Made by a program: the position numbers and the translations under genes. The notes under the pieces were generated by a model. That model had not been told where the DNA came from. It made no database searches and worked only from the letters and a program-made list of their open reading frames with translations. This document shows, in pieces, positions 10,147 through 19,692 of a stretch of 32,000 nt of DNA; the first letter of the stretch is position 1; each line of letters starts with the position of its first letter. The DNA is taken from NCBI RefSeq assembly GCF_001457595.1, contig NZ_LN831039.1, positions 5,010,001 through 5,042,000 on the forward strand, given 5' to 3'. Source of the stretch: Mycolicibacterium smegmatis (lineage in GTDB: Bacteria > Actinomycetota > Actinomycetes > Mycobacteriales > Mycobacteriaceae).

Positions 10147-12357
10147 ATGACGAGAAGCAGCAATCAACTCACCGACGCACATCTGCGGCCGGACCCGTCC
10201 GACATCCATCGCCTGCTGGCCGGTGAGCACCACGACCCGCATTCCGTGCTCGGTGCGCACGAGTACCCCGGCCACACCGTGATCCGTGCCTTCCGTCCGC
10301 ACGCGGTCAAGGTCACCGCGGTCATCGGCGGTGAGCGCCACGTGATGCAGCATCTGGAATCCGGGTTGTTCGCGGTCGCGGTGCCGTTCACCAACCTCAT
10401 CGACTACCGCCTGGAGATCGACTACCCCGGCGTCGGCGACGCCGTCGTCACACACACCACGGCCGACGCCTACCGGTTCCTGCCGACGCTGGGCGAGCTC
10501 GACCTGCACCTGTTCGCCGAGGGCCGCCACGAGCGGCTGTGGGAGATCCTCGGCGCGCACCGGCGCACCTTCACCACGGCCGACGGCCCGGTGTCGGGGG
10601 TGTCGTTCGCGGTGTGGGCGCCCAACGCCAAGGGCGTCAGCCTGATCGGCGAGTTCAACCACTGGGGCGGCAACGACGCCCCCATGCGCGTGCTCGGGTC
10701 CTCGGGTGTCTGGGAGCTGTTCTGGCCGGGCTTCCCGCCCGACGGGCTGTACAAGTTCCGCGTGCACGGCGCCGACGGTTCGGTGACCGACCGTGCCGAC
10801 CCGATGGCGTTCGCCACCGAGGTCCCGCCGCACACCGCATCGCGGGTCACCGAGAGCACCTACGAGTGGCACGACGAGGACTGGATGACGCGCCGCGCGA
10901 GCCTCAACCCAGTCTTCGAGCCGATGAGCACCCTCGAGGTGCACCTGCTGTCGTGGCGGCCCGGGCTCACCTACCGCCAACTCGCCACCGAGCTCACCGA
11001 ATACGTTGTGGAACAGGGTTTCACGCACGTCGAGATGCTGCCGGTCGCCGAGCATCCGTTCGGCGGGTCGTGGGGCTACCAGGTCACGTCGTACTACGCC
11101 CCCACGTCGCGCCTGGGGACGCCCGACGATTTCCGGTATCTGGTCGACGCGCTGCACCAGGCGGGGATCGGCGTCATCGTCGACTGGGTGCCCGCGCACT
11201 TCCCCAAGGACGCCTGGGCGCTCGGACGGTTCGACGGGACCGCGCTCTACGAGCATTCCGACCCGCGCCGCGGCGAGCAACTCGACTGGGGCACCTACGT
11301 TTTCGACTTCGGCAGGCCCGAGGTCCGCAACTTCCTGGTGGCCAACGCACTGTACTGGCTGCAGGAGTTCCACATCGACGGCCTGCGGGTCGACGCCGTG
11401 GCATCCATGCTGTACCTGGACTATTCACGCCCCGAAGGCGGGTGGACACCCAACCAGTACGGCGGCCGCGAGAACCTCGAGGCCGTGCAGTTCCTGCAGG
11501 AGATGAACGCCACGGTGCACAAGGTGGCGCCCGGCATCGTGACCGTGGCCGAGGAGTCCACGTCGTGGCCCGGCGTCACCAGGCCGACCAACCTTGGCGG
11601 CCTTGGCTTCTCGATGAAGTGGAACATGGGCTGGATGAACGACACGCTGGCCTACATCAGCCGTGACCCCATCTACCGCAGCTACCACCACCACGAGATG
11701 ACGTTCTCGATGCTGTACGCCTACAGCGAGAACTACGTGCTGCCCATCAGCCACGACGAGGTGGTGCACGGCAAGGGCACGCTGTGGAGCCGCATGCCCG
11801 GCGGCGACCACGAGAAGGCCGCGGGCCTGCGCAGCCTGCTGGCCTACCAGTGGGCGCATCCCGGCAAGCAACTGCTGTTCATGGGCCAGGAGTTCGGCCA
11901 GCGCGCCGAGTGGTCCGAGGAACGCGGGCTGGACTGGTACCAACTCGACGAGCAGAGCTTCTCCACCGGCGTGCAGAACCTGGTGCGCGACCTCAACGCC
12001 ATCTACCGCAGCCGACCCGCCCTGTGGAGCCGCGACACCAGCCCCGAGGGCTACTCGTGGATCGACGCCAACGACTCGGCCAACAACGTGCTGAGCTTTT
12101 TGCGCTTCGGCAACGACGGTTCGATGCTCGCGTGCGTCATCAACTTCGCGGGCTCCGAGCACAGCCAGTACCGGCTGGGCCTGCCCCACGCCGGCACGTG
12201 GCGTGAGGTGCTCAACACCGACGCCGACATCTACAACGGCTCGGGCATCGGCAACTACGGTGCCGTCGAGGCCACCGACGAACCCTGGCACGGCAGGCCG
12301 GCCTCGGCCGTCATGGTGCTGCCGCCGCTGTCGATGCTCTGGTTCGAGCCGGCTTAG
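10147..12357 (+). CDS. glgB: 1,4-alpha-glucan branching enzyme (GH13 + CBM48)
   Basis: 736 aa: [111 protein letters not shown]. Begins 7 nt after the glgE stop. Confidence 0.96.
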
Positions 12358-13244
12358 TACAGGGCGTTGGCGAGATTGCGGCGCCCGGCGATCACCTCGG
12401 GATCTGCCGGGTCGAACAGCTCGAAGAGCTCGATGAGCCGCGTGCGCACCTTGGTGCGGTCATCGCCCGCCGTGCGCTTGATGAGCGCGATGAGCCGGTC
12501 GAAGGCCGCACTGACCTGCTGCGCGAGGATCTCGACGTCGGCCGCCGCGAAAGCCGCCTCGATGTCGTCGGGTGCCGCGTCGGCCACCTCGACCGCGTCG
12601 GGCCGCTGCGCGGTGGCGCGCTGCAGGAAACCGATCTGGCGGACGGCGCCCTTGGCCTCGGGGTGATTGGGCTGGGCTTCGAGGATCGCCTCGTAGGCCT
12701 TGAGCGCCTCGTCGAAGTTGCCCTGGTCGAGGTGGGCACGCGCCTGGGCGAGCGCGGGATCGACCTGCTCGGCCTCTTCTCCGCTGCCGGACAGCTTGCC
12801 TGCCGTCGCCTCGAGCAGCGAGTCGACCCAGCGGCGGAGCTGTTCGGGCGGTTGCGGGCCCTGGAAGCTCGCGATGGGCTGGCCACCGGCGAGCGCGACG
12901 ACCGTCGGCACTGCCTGGATACCGAACATCTGCGCGATGCGCGGCGTGGTGTCGACGTTCACCGCGGCCAGCGACCACTTGCCGCCGTCGGCGGATGCCA
13001 GATCCGCGAAGGTCTCGGTGAGCTGGGCACTGGCGTCACTGCGCGGCGACCACAGCACCACCACGACCGGGACCTGCCCGGAGCGGACGAGGACTTCTGC
13101 TTCGAAATTCGCTTCGGTGACCTCTGTGACGTTCGGGCCGCCGGGGGCGGGAGCCGCCTCGCCGCTCGCGGCAGGCCGCTTGAGTGCCGAGAGGTCAACA
13201 GCACCGGCCAGCGCCGGACCGATGGAAGGACGTGGACGAGTCAC
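12354..13244 (-). CDS. Thioredoxin-fold/TPR protein (YbbN/CnoX-like co-chaperone family)
   Basis: N-terminal thioredoxin fold ([22 protein letters not shown]...[30 protein letters not shown]) followed by TPR-like [30 protein letters not shown] start at 13244. Tail-to-tail 4-nt overlap with glgB. Confidence 0.85.
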
Positions 13245-13257
13245 GCCTCCAAGTCTG

Positions 13258-13632
13258 TCACGTCGTTTCCGGTGCGGGGCCGCCCGGTTGCACACCGATC
13301 GCCGCGGCCGCGGGGGTTCCGATCTTGCCGGTGCGGTCGGCCCACATGATGAAGATCACACTGCCCAGTGGCACGATGCTCGCCAGCAACGCCAGACCCC
13401 ACGTGACGACCGACCATTTGAAAGCGAGGCCGACGAGGACCGCGACAGCCAGGAAAGCCACGAACACACCGCCGTGGACGGGGCCGAAAACCTTCACCCC
13501 GATCTCGGTGCGCGGTGAGCCCAGGTACTTGAAATACATCCCGACCAGCAGGCCTGCCCAGCTGACGGCCTCGGCGAGGCCGATGAGACGAAACCAGCCG
13601 GGGATCGAGCGCAAGTCGAAAGAACTCGTCAT
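13258..13632 (-). CDS. DUF3817-like integral membrane protein
   Basis: MTSSFDLRSIPGWFRLIGLAEAVSWAGLLVGMYFKYLGSPRTEIGVKVFGPVHGGVFVAFLAVAVLVGLAFKWS; several hydrophobic segments. Alternative start at 13641. Confidence 0.75.
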   Translation of the reverse strand: MTSSFDLRSIPGWFRLIGLAEAVSWAGLLVGMYFKYLGSPRTEIGVKVFGPVHGGVFVAFLAVAVLVGLAFKWSVVTWGLALLASIVPLGSVIFIMWADRTGKIGTPAAAAIGVQPGGPAPETT

Positions 13633-13698
13633 GAGCGCCATTGTGCCCGACCCGCCGGCCAGCTACTACAACGTGTCGTTGATTGTGTCCGGGCTCTC

Positions 13699-14877
13699 TC
13701 AGCGACGCAGGACCAGGGCGTCGCCCTGACCGCCGGCACCGCACAGGGCCGCGACCGCGTACCCGGAACCGCGGCGCGCGAGCTCGAGCGCGGCGTGCAG
13801 CGCGATGCGCGCACCGGACATGCCGATCGGGTGGCCGATGGCGATGGCGCCACCGTTGACGTTCACCTTGGCCGGGTCGACGCCGAGTTCCTTGGTCGAG
13901 GCGAGCGCGACGGCCGCGAACGCCTCGTTGATCTCGATGACATCGAGCTGATCGACCGTGATGCCCTCGCGCGTGATGGCCTTCTTGATCGCGTTGGCCG
14001 GCTGCGACTGCAGCGTCGAGTCGGGGCCGGCGACGACGCCGTGCGCGCCGATCTCGGCGAGCCAGGTCAGACCCAGCTCCTCGGCCTTGGCCTTGTTCAT
14101 CACGATCACGGCGGCAGCCCCGTCGGAGATCTGCGACGCCGAACCGGCCGTGATGGTGCCGTCCTTGCGGAACGCGGGCTTCAGCCCCGCGAGCGACTCG
14201 GCGGTGGTGTTGGCGCGGATGCCCTCGTCCTCGGCGAACTCGATCGGGTCACCCTTGCGCTGCGGGATGGACACCGGAACGACCTCGTCGGCGAAGACGC
14301 CGTCCTTCCACGCCGCGGCGGCCTTCTGGTGCGACTGCGCGGCGTACTCGTCCTGCTCGGCGCGCGTGAACTTGTCGACATCGTTGCGCTGCTCGGTGAG
14401 CGCACCCATGGGCTGATCGGTGAACACGTCGTGCAGACCGTCGTAGGCGAGGTGATCGACCAGGGTGGCGTCGCCGTACTTGTAGCCCTCGCGGCTCTTG
14501 GGCAACAGGTGCGGGGCCTGGCTCATCGATTCCTGGCCACCTGCGACGATGACGTCGAATTCACCAGCGCGGATCAACTGGTCGGCGAGTGCGATCGCGT
14601 CGATGCCCGACAGGCACATCTTGTTGATGCTCAGCGCAGCGACATCCCACGGGATACCGGCGGCCACCGCGGCCTGACGCGCGGGCATCTGGCCCGCGCC
14701 CGCCGTGAGCACCTGACCCATGATCACGTACTCCACCATCGATGCAGGTACGTTGGCCTTTTCGAGAGCCGCGCGGATCGCGATGGCGCCAAGATCGGTG
14801 CCGGAGAAATCCTTGAGCGAACCCATCAACTTACCGACTGGTGTACGCGCTCCAGCAACGATCACCGACGTGGTCAT
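13699..14877 (-). CDS. Acetyl-CoA C-acetyltransferase (thiolase)
   Basis: [26 protein letters not shown]; catalytic-Cys motif [14 protein letters not shown]; [20 protein letters not shown]; [17 protein letters not shown]. True ATG at 14877 rather than listed 14934. Confidence 0.93.
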   Translation of the reverse strand: MTTSVIVAGARTPVGKLMGSLKDFSGTDLGAIAIRAALEKANVPASMVEYVIMGQVLTAGAGQMPARQAAVAAGIPWDVAALSINKMCLSGIDAIALADQLIRAGEFDVIVAGGQESMSQAPHLLPKSREGYKYGDATLVDHLAYDGLHDVFTDQPMGALTEQRNDVDKFTRAEQDEYAAQSHQKAAAAWKDGVFADEVVPVSIPQRKGDPIEFAEDEGIRANTTAESLAGLKPAFRKDGTITAGSASQISDGAAAVIVMNKAKAEELGLTWLAEIGAHGVVAGPDSTLQSQPANAIKKAITREGITVDQLDVIEINEAFAAVALASTKELGVDPAKVNVNGGAIAIGHPIGMSGARIALHAALELARRGSGYAVAALCGAGGQGDALVLRR

Positions 14878-14971
14878 ATTCGAACCTCCCCAAATAGCTG
14901 TGTTAACGATGATTAACCGGCACAGCTGTCTCACGGAAGGTGCTGTGGGAAATCACACAGGAGTAAAAAGT

Positions 14972-15469
14972 ATGCCTTCAGGTTACCTTTACGTTATGAC
15001 CACGGAGCACGTTGACGCCCGTCCGGCGCTGGCCAGCGCACTGGTGACCGCAATCGACCATGTCGGCATCGCGGTGCCGGACCTCGACGCAGCGGCCAAG
15101 TGGTACCACGATCACCTCGGCATGATCGTGCTGCACGAGGAGATCAACGAGGAGCAGGGCGTGCGTGAGGCCATGCTGTCGGTCCGCGGCGCGCCCAAGG
15201 GCAGCGCGCAGATCCAGTTGCTCGCCCCGATCGACGAGAAATCGACGATCGCCAAGTTCATCGACACCCGCGGCCCGGGCCTGCAGCAGCTCGCCTACCG
15301 CACCAGCGACATCGACGCCCTGTCCGACCGCCTGCGCGCCGACGGCGTGCGTCTGCTGTACGACGCACCCAAGCGTGGCACCGCGAACTCGCGCATCAAC
15401 TTCATCCACCCCAAGGATGCCGGTGGTGTGCTGATCGAGCTGGTCGAGCCCAGCCCCGAAGAGCACTGA
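14972..15469 (+). CDS. mce: Methylmalonyl-CoA epimerase (glyoxalase fold)
   Basis: ITAIDHVGIAVPDLDAAAKWYHDHLGM...HEEINEEQGVREAML...GPGLQQLAYRTSDIDALSDRLRADGVRLL...FIHPKDAGGVLIELVEP. ATG 14972 is preceded by GGAG (caggagtaaaaagtATG); ATG 14996 is the alternative. Confidence 0.88.
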   Translation: MPSGYLYVMTTEHVDARPALASALVTAIDHVGIAVPDLDAAAKWYHDHLGMIVLHEEINEEQGVREAMLSVRGAPKGSAQIQLLAPIDEKSTIAKFIDTRGPGLQQLAYRTSDIDALSDRLRADGVRLLYDAPKRGTANSRINFIHPKDAGGVLIELVEPSPEEH

Positions 15470-15476
15470 CGAACAT

Positions 15477-15502
15477 CCGCAGGTGGTCAGGACCACCTGC
15501 GG
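15477..15502. terminator. Perfect 11-bp stem / 4-nt loop hairpin between convergent genes, probably a bidirectional terminator
   Basis: CCGCAGGTGGT-CAGG-ACCACCTGCGG. Lies 7 nt past the epimerase stop and overlaps the last codons and stop of the minus-strand gene. No U-tract. Confidence 0.65.
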
Positions 15503-15786
15503 GTCGGCCCGCGGTTGTCCCGATTGGCCCAGCACGGCGTATGCCAGTGCCTGCGGTCCTCCACACCTGAGGCGGATCCCGTCGGCCACACCACGACATG
15601 GGCCGTGCCCGACCGGATCTCGTGATCACACCCCGGGCACCGGTAGGTCTTGGTCGCACGCGACGCAGTGACCTGTCGCACCTCGTAGTCGTAGCCGTCC
15701 GGTCCGGTCTCCACACGGCGCGACGTCAGCGACGGCGGCAGCGGTGGTGGCGTCTGCCGCCATTTGTCCCTACGCCGGCGCGCCAT
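15487..15786 (-). CDS. Small conserved hypothetical protein, putative zinc-binding, coupled to nucS
   Basis: 99 aa: [24 protein letters not shown]...YRCPGCDHEIRSGTAHVVVWPTGSASGVEDRRHWHTPCW. Start ATG 15786 overlaps the nucS stop by one base (TGATG). In my recollection M. tuberculosis has a ~98-aa protein at this position. Confidence 0.8.
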   Translation of the reverse strand: MARRRRDKWRQTPPPLPPSLTSRRVETGPDGYDYEVRQVTASRATKTYRCPGCDHEIRSGTAHVVVWPTGSASGVEDRRHWHTPCWANRDNRGPTRRWS

Positions 15787-16469
15787 CAGAAGAGCCGGTA
15801 CTCGTCGCTGTCCATTCCGCGCATCTGGTCGTAATCGAGTGTCACACAACGGATTCCACGGTCAGTGGCGAGCGTGCGGGCCTGCGGTTTGATCTGCTGC
15901 GCGGCGAACACACCTGCCACCGGCGCGAGCAACGAGTCGCGGTTGAGCAGTTCCAGGTAGCGCGTCAGCTGTTCGACGCCGTCGATCTCGCCGCGGCGCT
16001 TGATCTCCACGGCGACCGAACGGCCCAGCTCGTCGCGGCACAACAGGTCGACGGGCCCGATCGGGGTCGGATACTCGCGGCGCACGAGTGTGTAACCGGC
16101 GCCGAGCAGCTCGACGTGTTCGGCCAGCAACGCCTGCAGATGGGCCTCGACGCCGTCCTTCACCAGGCCCGGATCCACGCCGAGCTCGTGGTGCGAATCA
16201 TGCTCGATGTCCTCGACCGTGATGCGCAGTTGCTCGCCGGTCTTGTTCTCCACGACCCACAGCGCCACACCGGTTTCGGTGTCCTGTTCGGTGACCCAGC
16301 ACGGCGGGCTCATCCAGTTCAACGGCTTGTAGGCGCGGTCGTCGGCGTGCACGCTGACGGACCCGTCGGCCTTGAACAGCAGCAACCGGCGGGCAGAGGG
16401 CAGATGAGCGGTGAGCCGGCCGACGTAGTCGACGGTGCACTGGGCTATCACGAGGCGCACCCGATCCAC
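15786..16469 (-). CDS. nucS: Mismatch-specific endonuclease NucS/EndoMS
   Basis: [54 protein letters not shown]...[38 protein letters not shown]...[15 protein letters not shown]. Near-identical to the M. tuberculosis NucS sequence as recalled. A GTG two codons downstream is an alternative start. Confidence 0.94.
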   Translation of the reverse strand: MDRVRLVIAQCTVDYVGRLTAHLPSARRLLLFKADGSVSVHADDRAYKPLNWMSPPCWVTEQDTETGVALWVVENKTGEQLRITVEDIEHDSHHELGVDPGLVKDGVEAHLQALLAEHVELLGAGYTLVRREYPTPIGPVDLLCRDELGRSVAVEIKRRGEIDGVEQLTRYLELLNRDSLLAPVAGVFAAQQIKPQARTLATDRGIRCVTLDYDQMRGMDSDEYRLF

Positions 16470-16506
16470 CTTAAAGGCACCGCCGACGAACTAGGCTGGC
16501 GCCACA

Positions 16507-18114
16507 ATGAACGCCGACAATTCGCTGGCGCGGCAGCTGGGCCGGGTGCTGGAAACCGTCACACGGCAGAACAGCAGGCTCCCGTCGGGCACGCCGGAGT
16601 ACGGCTCGTGGATCCTCGGCCGCGTCACCGAGAGCCAGAGCAGACGCCGCATCCGCATCCAGCTGATCCTGACGACGTTCGTCGTCATCGCCAACCTGCT
16701 GGGTATCGCGGTGTCGTTCCTGGTGCTCACGGTGCTCTTCCCGTCCCCCAGCGTGTTCGACGCGCGCGTCGCGCCGTACACCTACATCGTCGCGCCCGCC
16801 TACGTCGTGGGCGCGCTCGTCGTCGGGGTCATCTGGGCCACCAACCGCGTGATCGGCAACGTGCGCTGGGCGCTCGAAGAGCGGCCCCCGACGCCGCAGG
16901 ATCAGCGCAACACGTTCTTCGCGCCGTTCCGGCTGACGCGTGTCCTGCTCATCCTGTGGGCGGCGGGTACCGCGTTGCTGACGACGTTGTACGGCATGGT
17001 GGACACCAACTTCATCCCGAAAGTCCTGCTGGGAATCAGCTTTCCGGGCATCGTGGTGTCGGTCAGCTGCCATCTGTTCACCGAGTTCGCGTTGCGGCCC
17101 GTGGCCGCGCAGGCCCTCGAGGCCGGGCCACCCCCGGTGCGACTGGCACCGGGCATCATGGGCCGCACGATGGTGGTGTGGGCGCTCGGATCGGGCGTGC
17201 CGATTCTGGGCATCCTGCTGGCCGGCGTGTTCGCGGTGACGCTGGAGAACCTGACGCCGACGCAGTTCGCCTACGCGGTCATGGGACTCGCGGTGTTCGC
17301 GCTGGTGTTCGGCTTCATCTTGATGTGGATCCTGTCCTGGCTCACCGCAACTCCGATCCGCGTCGTGCGCGCCGCGCTCAACCGCGTCGAGCAGGGCGAC
17401 CTCGACACCAACCTCGTGGTGTTCGACGGCACCGAACTCGGCCAGCTGCAGCGGGGTTTCAACTCGATGGTGCACGGACTGCGCGAGCGCGAGCGTGTAC
17501 GCGACCTGTTCGGCAGGCACGTCGGCCGCGAGGTCGCCGTGCTCGCCGAGCAGCAGAAGTTCACGCTGGGAGGCGAGGAACGCCACGCCGCAGTGGTTTT
17601 CGTCGATGTCATCGGTTCGACGCAGCTGGTCACCAGCCGCCCCGCCGTCGAGGTGGTCGAACTGCTCAACCGGTTCTTCGCGGTGATCGTCGACGAGGTG
17701 GACGCACATCGCGGTCTGGTGAACAAGTTCGAGGGTGACGCGGTGCTCGCGGTGTTCGGCGCCCCGGTGGCGCTCGACAACGCCGAGGACGAGGCGCTCG
17801 GGGCCGCACGCGGCATCGCACGGCGCCTGCGCGAGGAGGTGCCCGAACTCGACGCGGGCATCGGCGTGGCCGCGGGCCAGGTGGTGGCAGGCAACGTCGG
17901 GGCCAAACAGCGCTTCGAGTACACCGTCATCGGTGAACCCGTCAACGAGGCCGCGCGTCTGTGCGAGTTCGCCAAATCGGTGCCCGGCCACGTGGTGGCG
18001 TCGTCGGACACCCTGGCCAACGCGTCCGAAAACGAAAGGGCGCGCTGGTCGTTGGGCGAATCGGTCACGCTGCGCGGCCTCGACGAGCCCACCCGGCTCG
18101 CCGTCCCGGTCTGA
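16507..18114 (+). CDS. Membrane-anchored class III adenylate/guanylate cyclase with HAMP domain
   Basis: 535 aa with about six hydrophobic segments, HAMP (LTATPIRVVRAALNRVEQGDLDTNLVVFDGTELGQLQRGFNSM), and cyclase domain (AVVFVDVIGSTQL, LVNKFEGDAVLAVFGAP, RFEYTVIGEPVNEAARLCE). Resembles the Rv1318c-Rv1320c family. Confidence 0.9.
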   Translation: MNADNSLARQLGRVLETVTRQNSRLPSGTPEYGSWILGRVTESQSRRRIRIQLILTTFVVIANLLGIAVSFLVLTVLFPSPSVFDARVAPYTYIVAPAYVVGALVVGVIWATNRVIGNVRWALEERPPTPQDQRNTFFAPFRLTRVLLILWAAGTALLTTLYGMVDTNFIPKVLLGISFPGIVVSVSCHLFTEFALRPVAAQALEAGPPPVRLAPGIMGRTMVVWALGSGVPILGILLAGVFAVTLENLTPTQFAYAVMGLAVFALVFGFILMWILSWLTATPIRVVRAALNRVEQGDLDTNLVVFDGTELGQLQRGFNSMVHGLRERERVRDLFGRHVGREVAVLAEQQKFTLGGEERHAAVVFVDVIGSTQLVTSRPAVEVVELLNRFFAVIVDEVDAHRGLVNKFEGDAVLAVFGAPVALDNAEDEALGAARGIARRLREEVPELDAGIGVAAGQVVAGNVGAKQRFEYTVIGEPVNEAARLCEFAKSVPGHVVASSDTLANASENERARWSLGESVTLRGLDEPTRLAVPV

Positions 18115-18121
18115 CGACGTC

Positions 18122-18171
18122 GCCACAGCGGCACCACTTCGATGTCGCTTTTCCGCCAGTGGTGCGGTGGC
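18122..18171. promoter_or_regulatory. Imperfect inverted repeat between the cyclase gene and ada-alkA (possible operator or attenuating hairpin)
   Basis: GCACCACT (18131-18138) / AGTGGTGC (18158-18165), flanked by GCCAC (18122-18126) / GTGGC (18167-18171). Confidence 0.35.
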
Positions 18172-18192
18172 GCGCATGCCATCGTGGACGAC

Positions 18193-19680
18193 ATGCACGA
18201 GGATTTCGACCGCTGTTACCGGGCCGTGCAGTCCAAGGACGCGCGGTTCGACGGCTGGTTCGTCACCGCCGTGCTCACCACCGGGATCTACTGCAGGCCC
18301 AGTTGCCCCGTACGCCCGCCGCTCGCGCGCAATCTGCGGTTCTATCCGACGGCGGCGGCCGCACAGGCCGCGGGTTTCCGGGCGTGCAAGCGGTGCCGCC
18401 CGGACGCCTCCCCAGGGTCACCCGAATGGAATGTGCGTGGTGACGTCGTCGCCCGGTGCATGCGGTTGATCGCCGACGGCACGGTCGATCGCGAGGGCGT
18501 CACGGGTCTGGCTGCCCGGCTGGGCTACACCACACGCCAGTTGCAGCGCATCACGCAGGCCGAACTCGGTGCCGGTCCCCTCGCACTCGCCCGCGCACAA
18601 CGCGCCCAGACCGCCCGCGTGCTCATCGAGACCACCGAATTGCCGTTCAGCGACGTGGCATTCGCCTCCGGGTTCGCCTCCATCCGCCAGTTCAACGACA
18701 CCGTGCGGGCGGTGTGCGATCTCACCCCGACCGAACTGCGGCACAAGGCCCGCAGCCGGTTCGGACCGGTATCGGCGGCTCCCGGCGCGTTGACGCTGCG
18801 GCTGCCGGTGCGGGCCCCGTTCGCCTACGAGGGGCTGTTCGGACATCTGGCGGCGAGTGCCGCACCGGGTATCGAAGAGGTTCGCGGCGACACCTACCGC
18901 CGCACCCTGCGTCTGCCCCACGGACACGGCATCGTCGGGCTGCGACCGTATCCGGACCACGTGCGCTGCGAACTGGTGCTCGACGACTTCCGCGACCTGG
19001 CTGCGGCGATCGCCCGGTGCCGCCGCCTGCTCGACCTCGACGCCGATCCCGAAGCGGTGGTGGAGTTTCTCGGAGCCGACGCAGACCTGAAAGCGGTGGT
19101 CGCCAAGGCGCCAGGACAGCGGATCCCGCGCACGGTTGACGAGGCCGAACTCGCGTTGCGGGTGGTGATCGGTCAGCAGGTCTCGATCAAGGCGGCCCGC
19201 ACGCATGTGGGCCGGCTCGTCGCACGGTACGGCTCGAGGATCGACGACGAGGGTGGCGGGCTCACGCACGTGTTCCCCAGCGTCGATCAGCTCGCCGAGA
19301 TGAGCCCGGATGATCTGGCGATGCCGGCCTCACGCAAGCGGACCGTGCTGAGCATGGTTCGTGCCCTTGCCGACGGCACGCTGGTCGTCGATCCCGGCTG
19401 TGACTGGGGGCTGGCACGCGAACAACTGCTCGCGCTGCCCGGAGTGGGCCCGTGGACGGCCGAGGTGATCGCCATGCGGGGCCTGGGTGATCCCGACGCG
19501 TTCCCCGCGAGCGATCTCGGTGTGCGCCTGGCCGCGGAACAGTTGGGACTGCCGGCCGATACCCGGGCCCTGACGGCCTACAGCAGCCGGTGGCGGCCGT
19601 GGCGCGCGTACGCGACGCAACATCTGTGGACCACACTCGAACACGACGTCAACCAGTGGCCCGTGCCGCTGGCCACGTGA
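18193..19680 (+). CDS. alkA: Bifunctional Ada-type methylphosphotriester acceptor/AraC regulator fused to AlkA 3-methyladenine DNA glycosylase
   Basis: MHEDFDRCYRAVQSKDARFDGWFVTAVLTTGIYCRPSCPVRPP...FRACKRCRPDASPGSPEW (Ada metal-binding), AraC-type HTH, then AlkA with LLALPGVGPWTAEVIAMRGLGDPDAFPASDLGVRLA (HhH-GPD). Start ATG 18193; listed ATG 18142 falls inside the inverted repeat region. Confidence 0.92.
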   Translation: MHEDFDRCYRAVQSKDARFDGWFVTAVLTTGIYCRPSCPVRPPLARNLRFYPTAAAAQAAGFRACKRCRPDASPGSPEWNVRGDVVARCMRLIADGTVDREGVTGLAARLGYTTRQLQRITQAELGAGPLALARAQRAQTARVLIETTELPFSDVAFASGFASIRQFNDTVRAVCDLTPTELRHKARSRFGPVSAAPGALTLRLPVRAPFAYEGLFGHLAASAAPGIEEVRGDTYRRTLRLPHGHGIVGLRPYPDHVRCELVLDDFRDLAAAIARCRRLLDLDADPEAVVEFLGADADLKAVVAKAPGQRIPRTVDEAELALRVVIGQQVSIKAARTHVGRLVARYGSRIDDEGGGLTHVFPSVDQLAEMSPDDLAMPASRKRTVLSMVRALADGTLVVDPGCDWGLAREQLLALPGVGPWTAEVIAMRGLGDPDAFPASDLGVRLAAEQLGLPADTRALTAYSSRWRPWRAYATQHLWTTLEHDVNQWPVPLAT

Positions 19681-19692
19681 AGGGATTGCACC

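Noticed and set aside
10096-11666. ORFs 10096..11373 (-, 425 aa) and 10539..11666 (+, 375 aa) within glgB
   Set aside because: Alternate-frame shadows of glgB with no domain motifs.
15744-18198. Long ORFs 15744..17738 (+, 664 aa) and 16471..18198 (-, 575 aa)
   Set aside because: They run across nucS and the cyclase in wrong frames or strands with Arg/Ala/His-rich sequence; the true genes have clear motifs.
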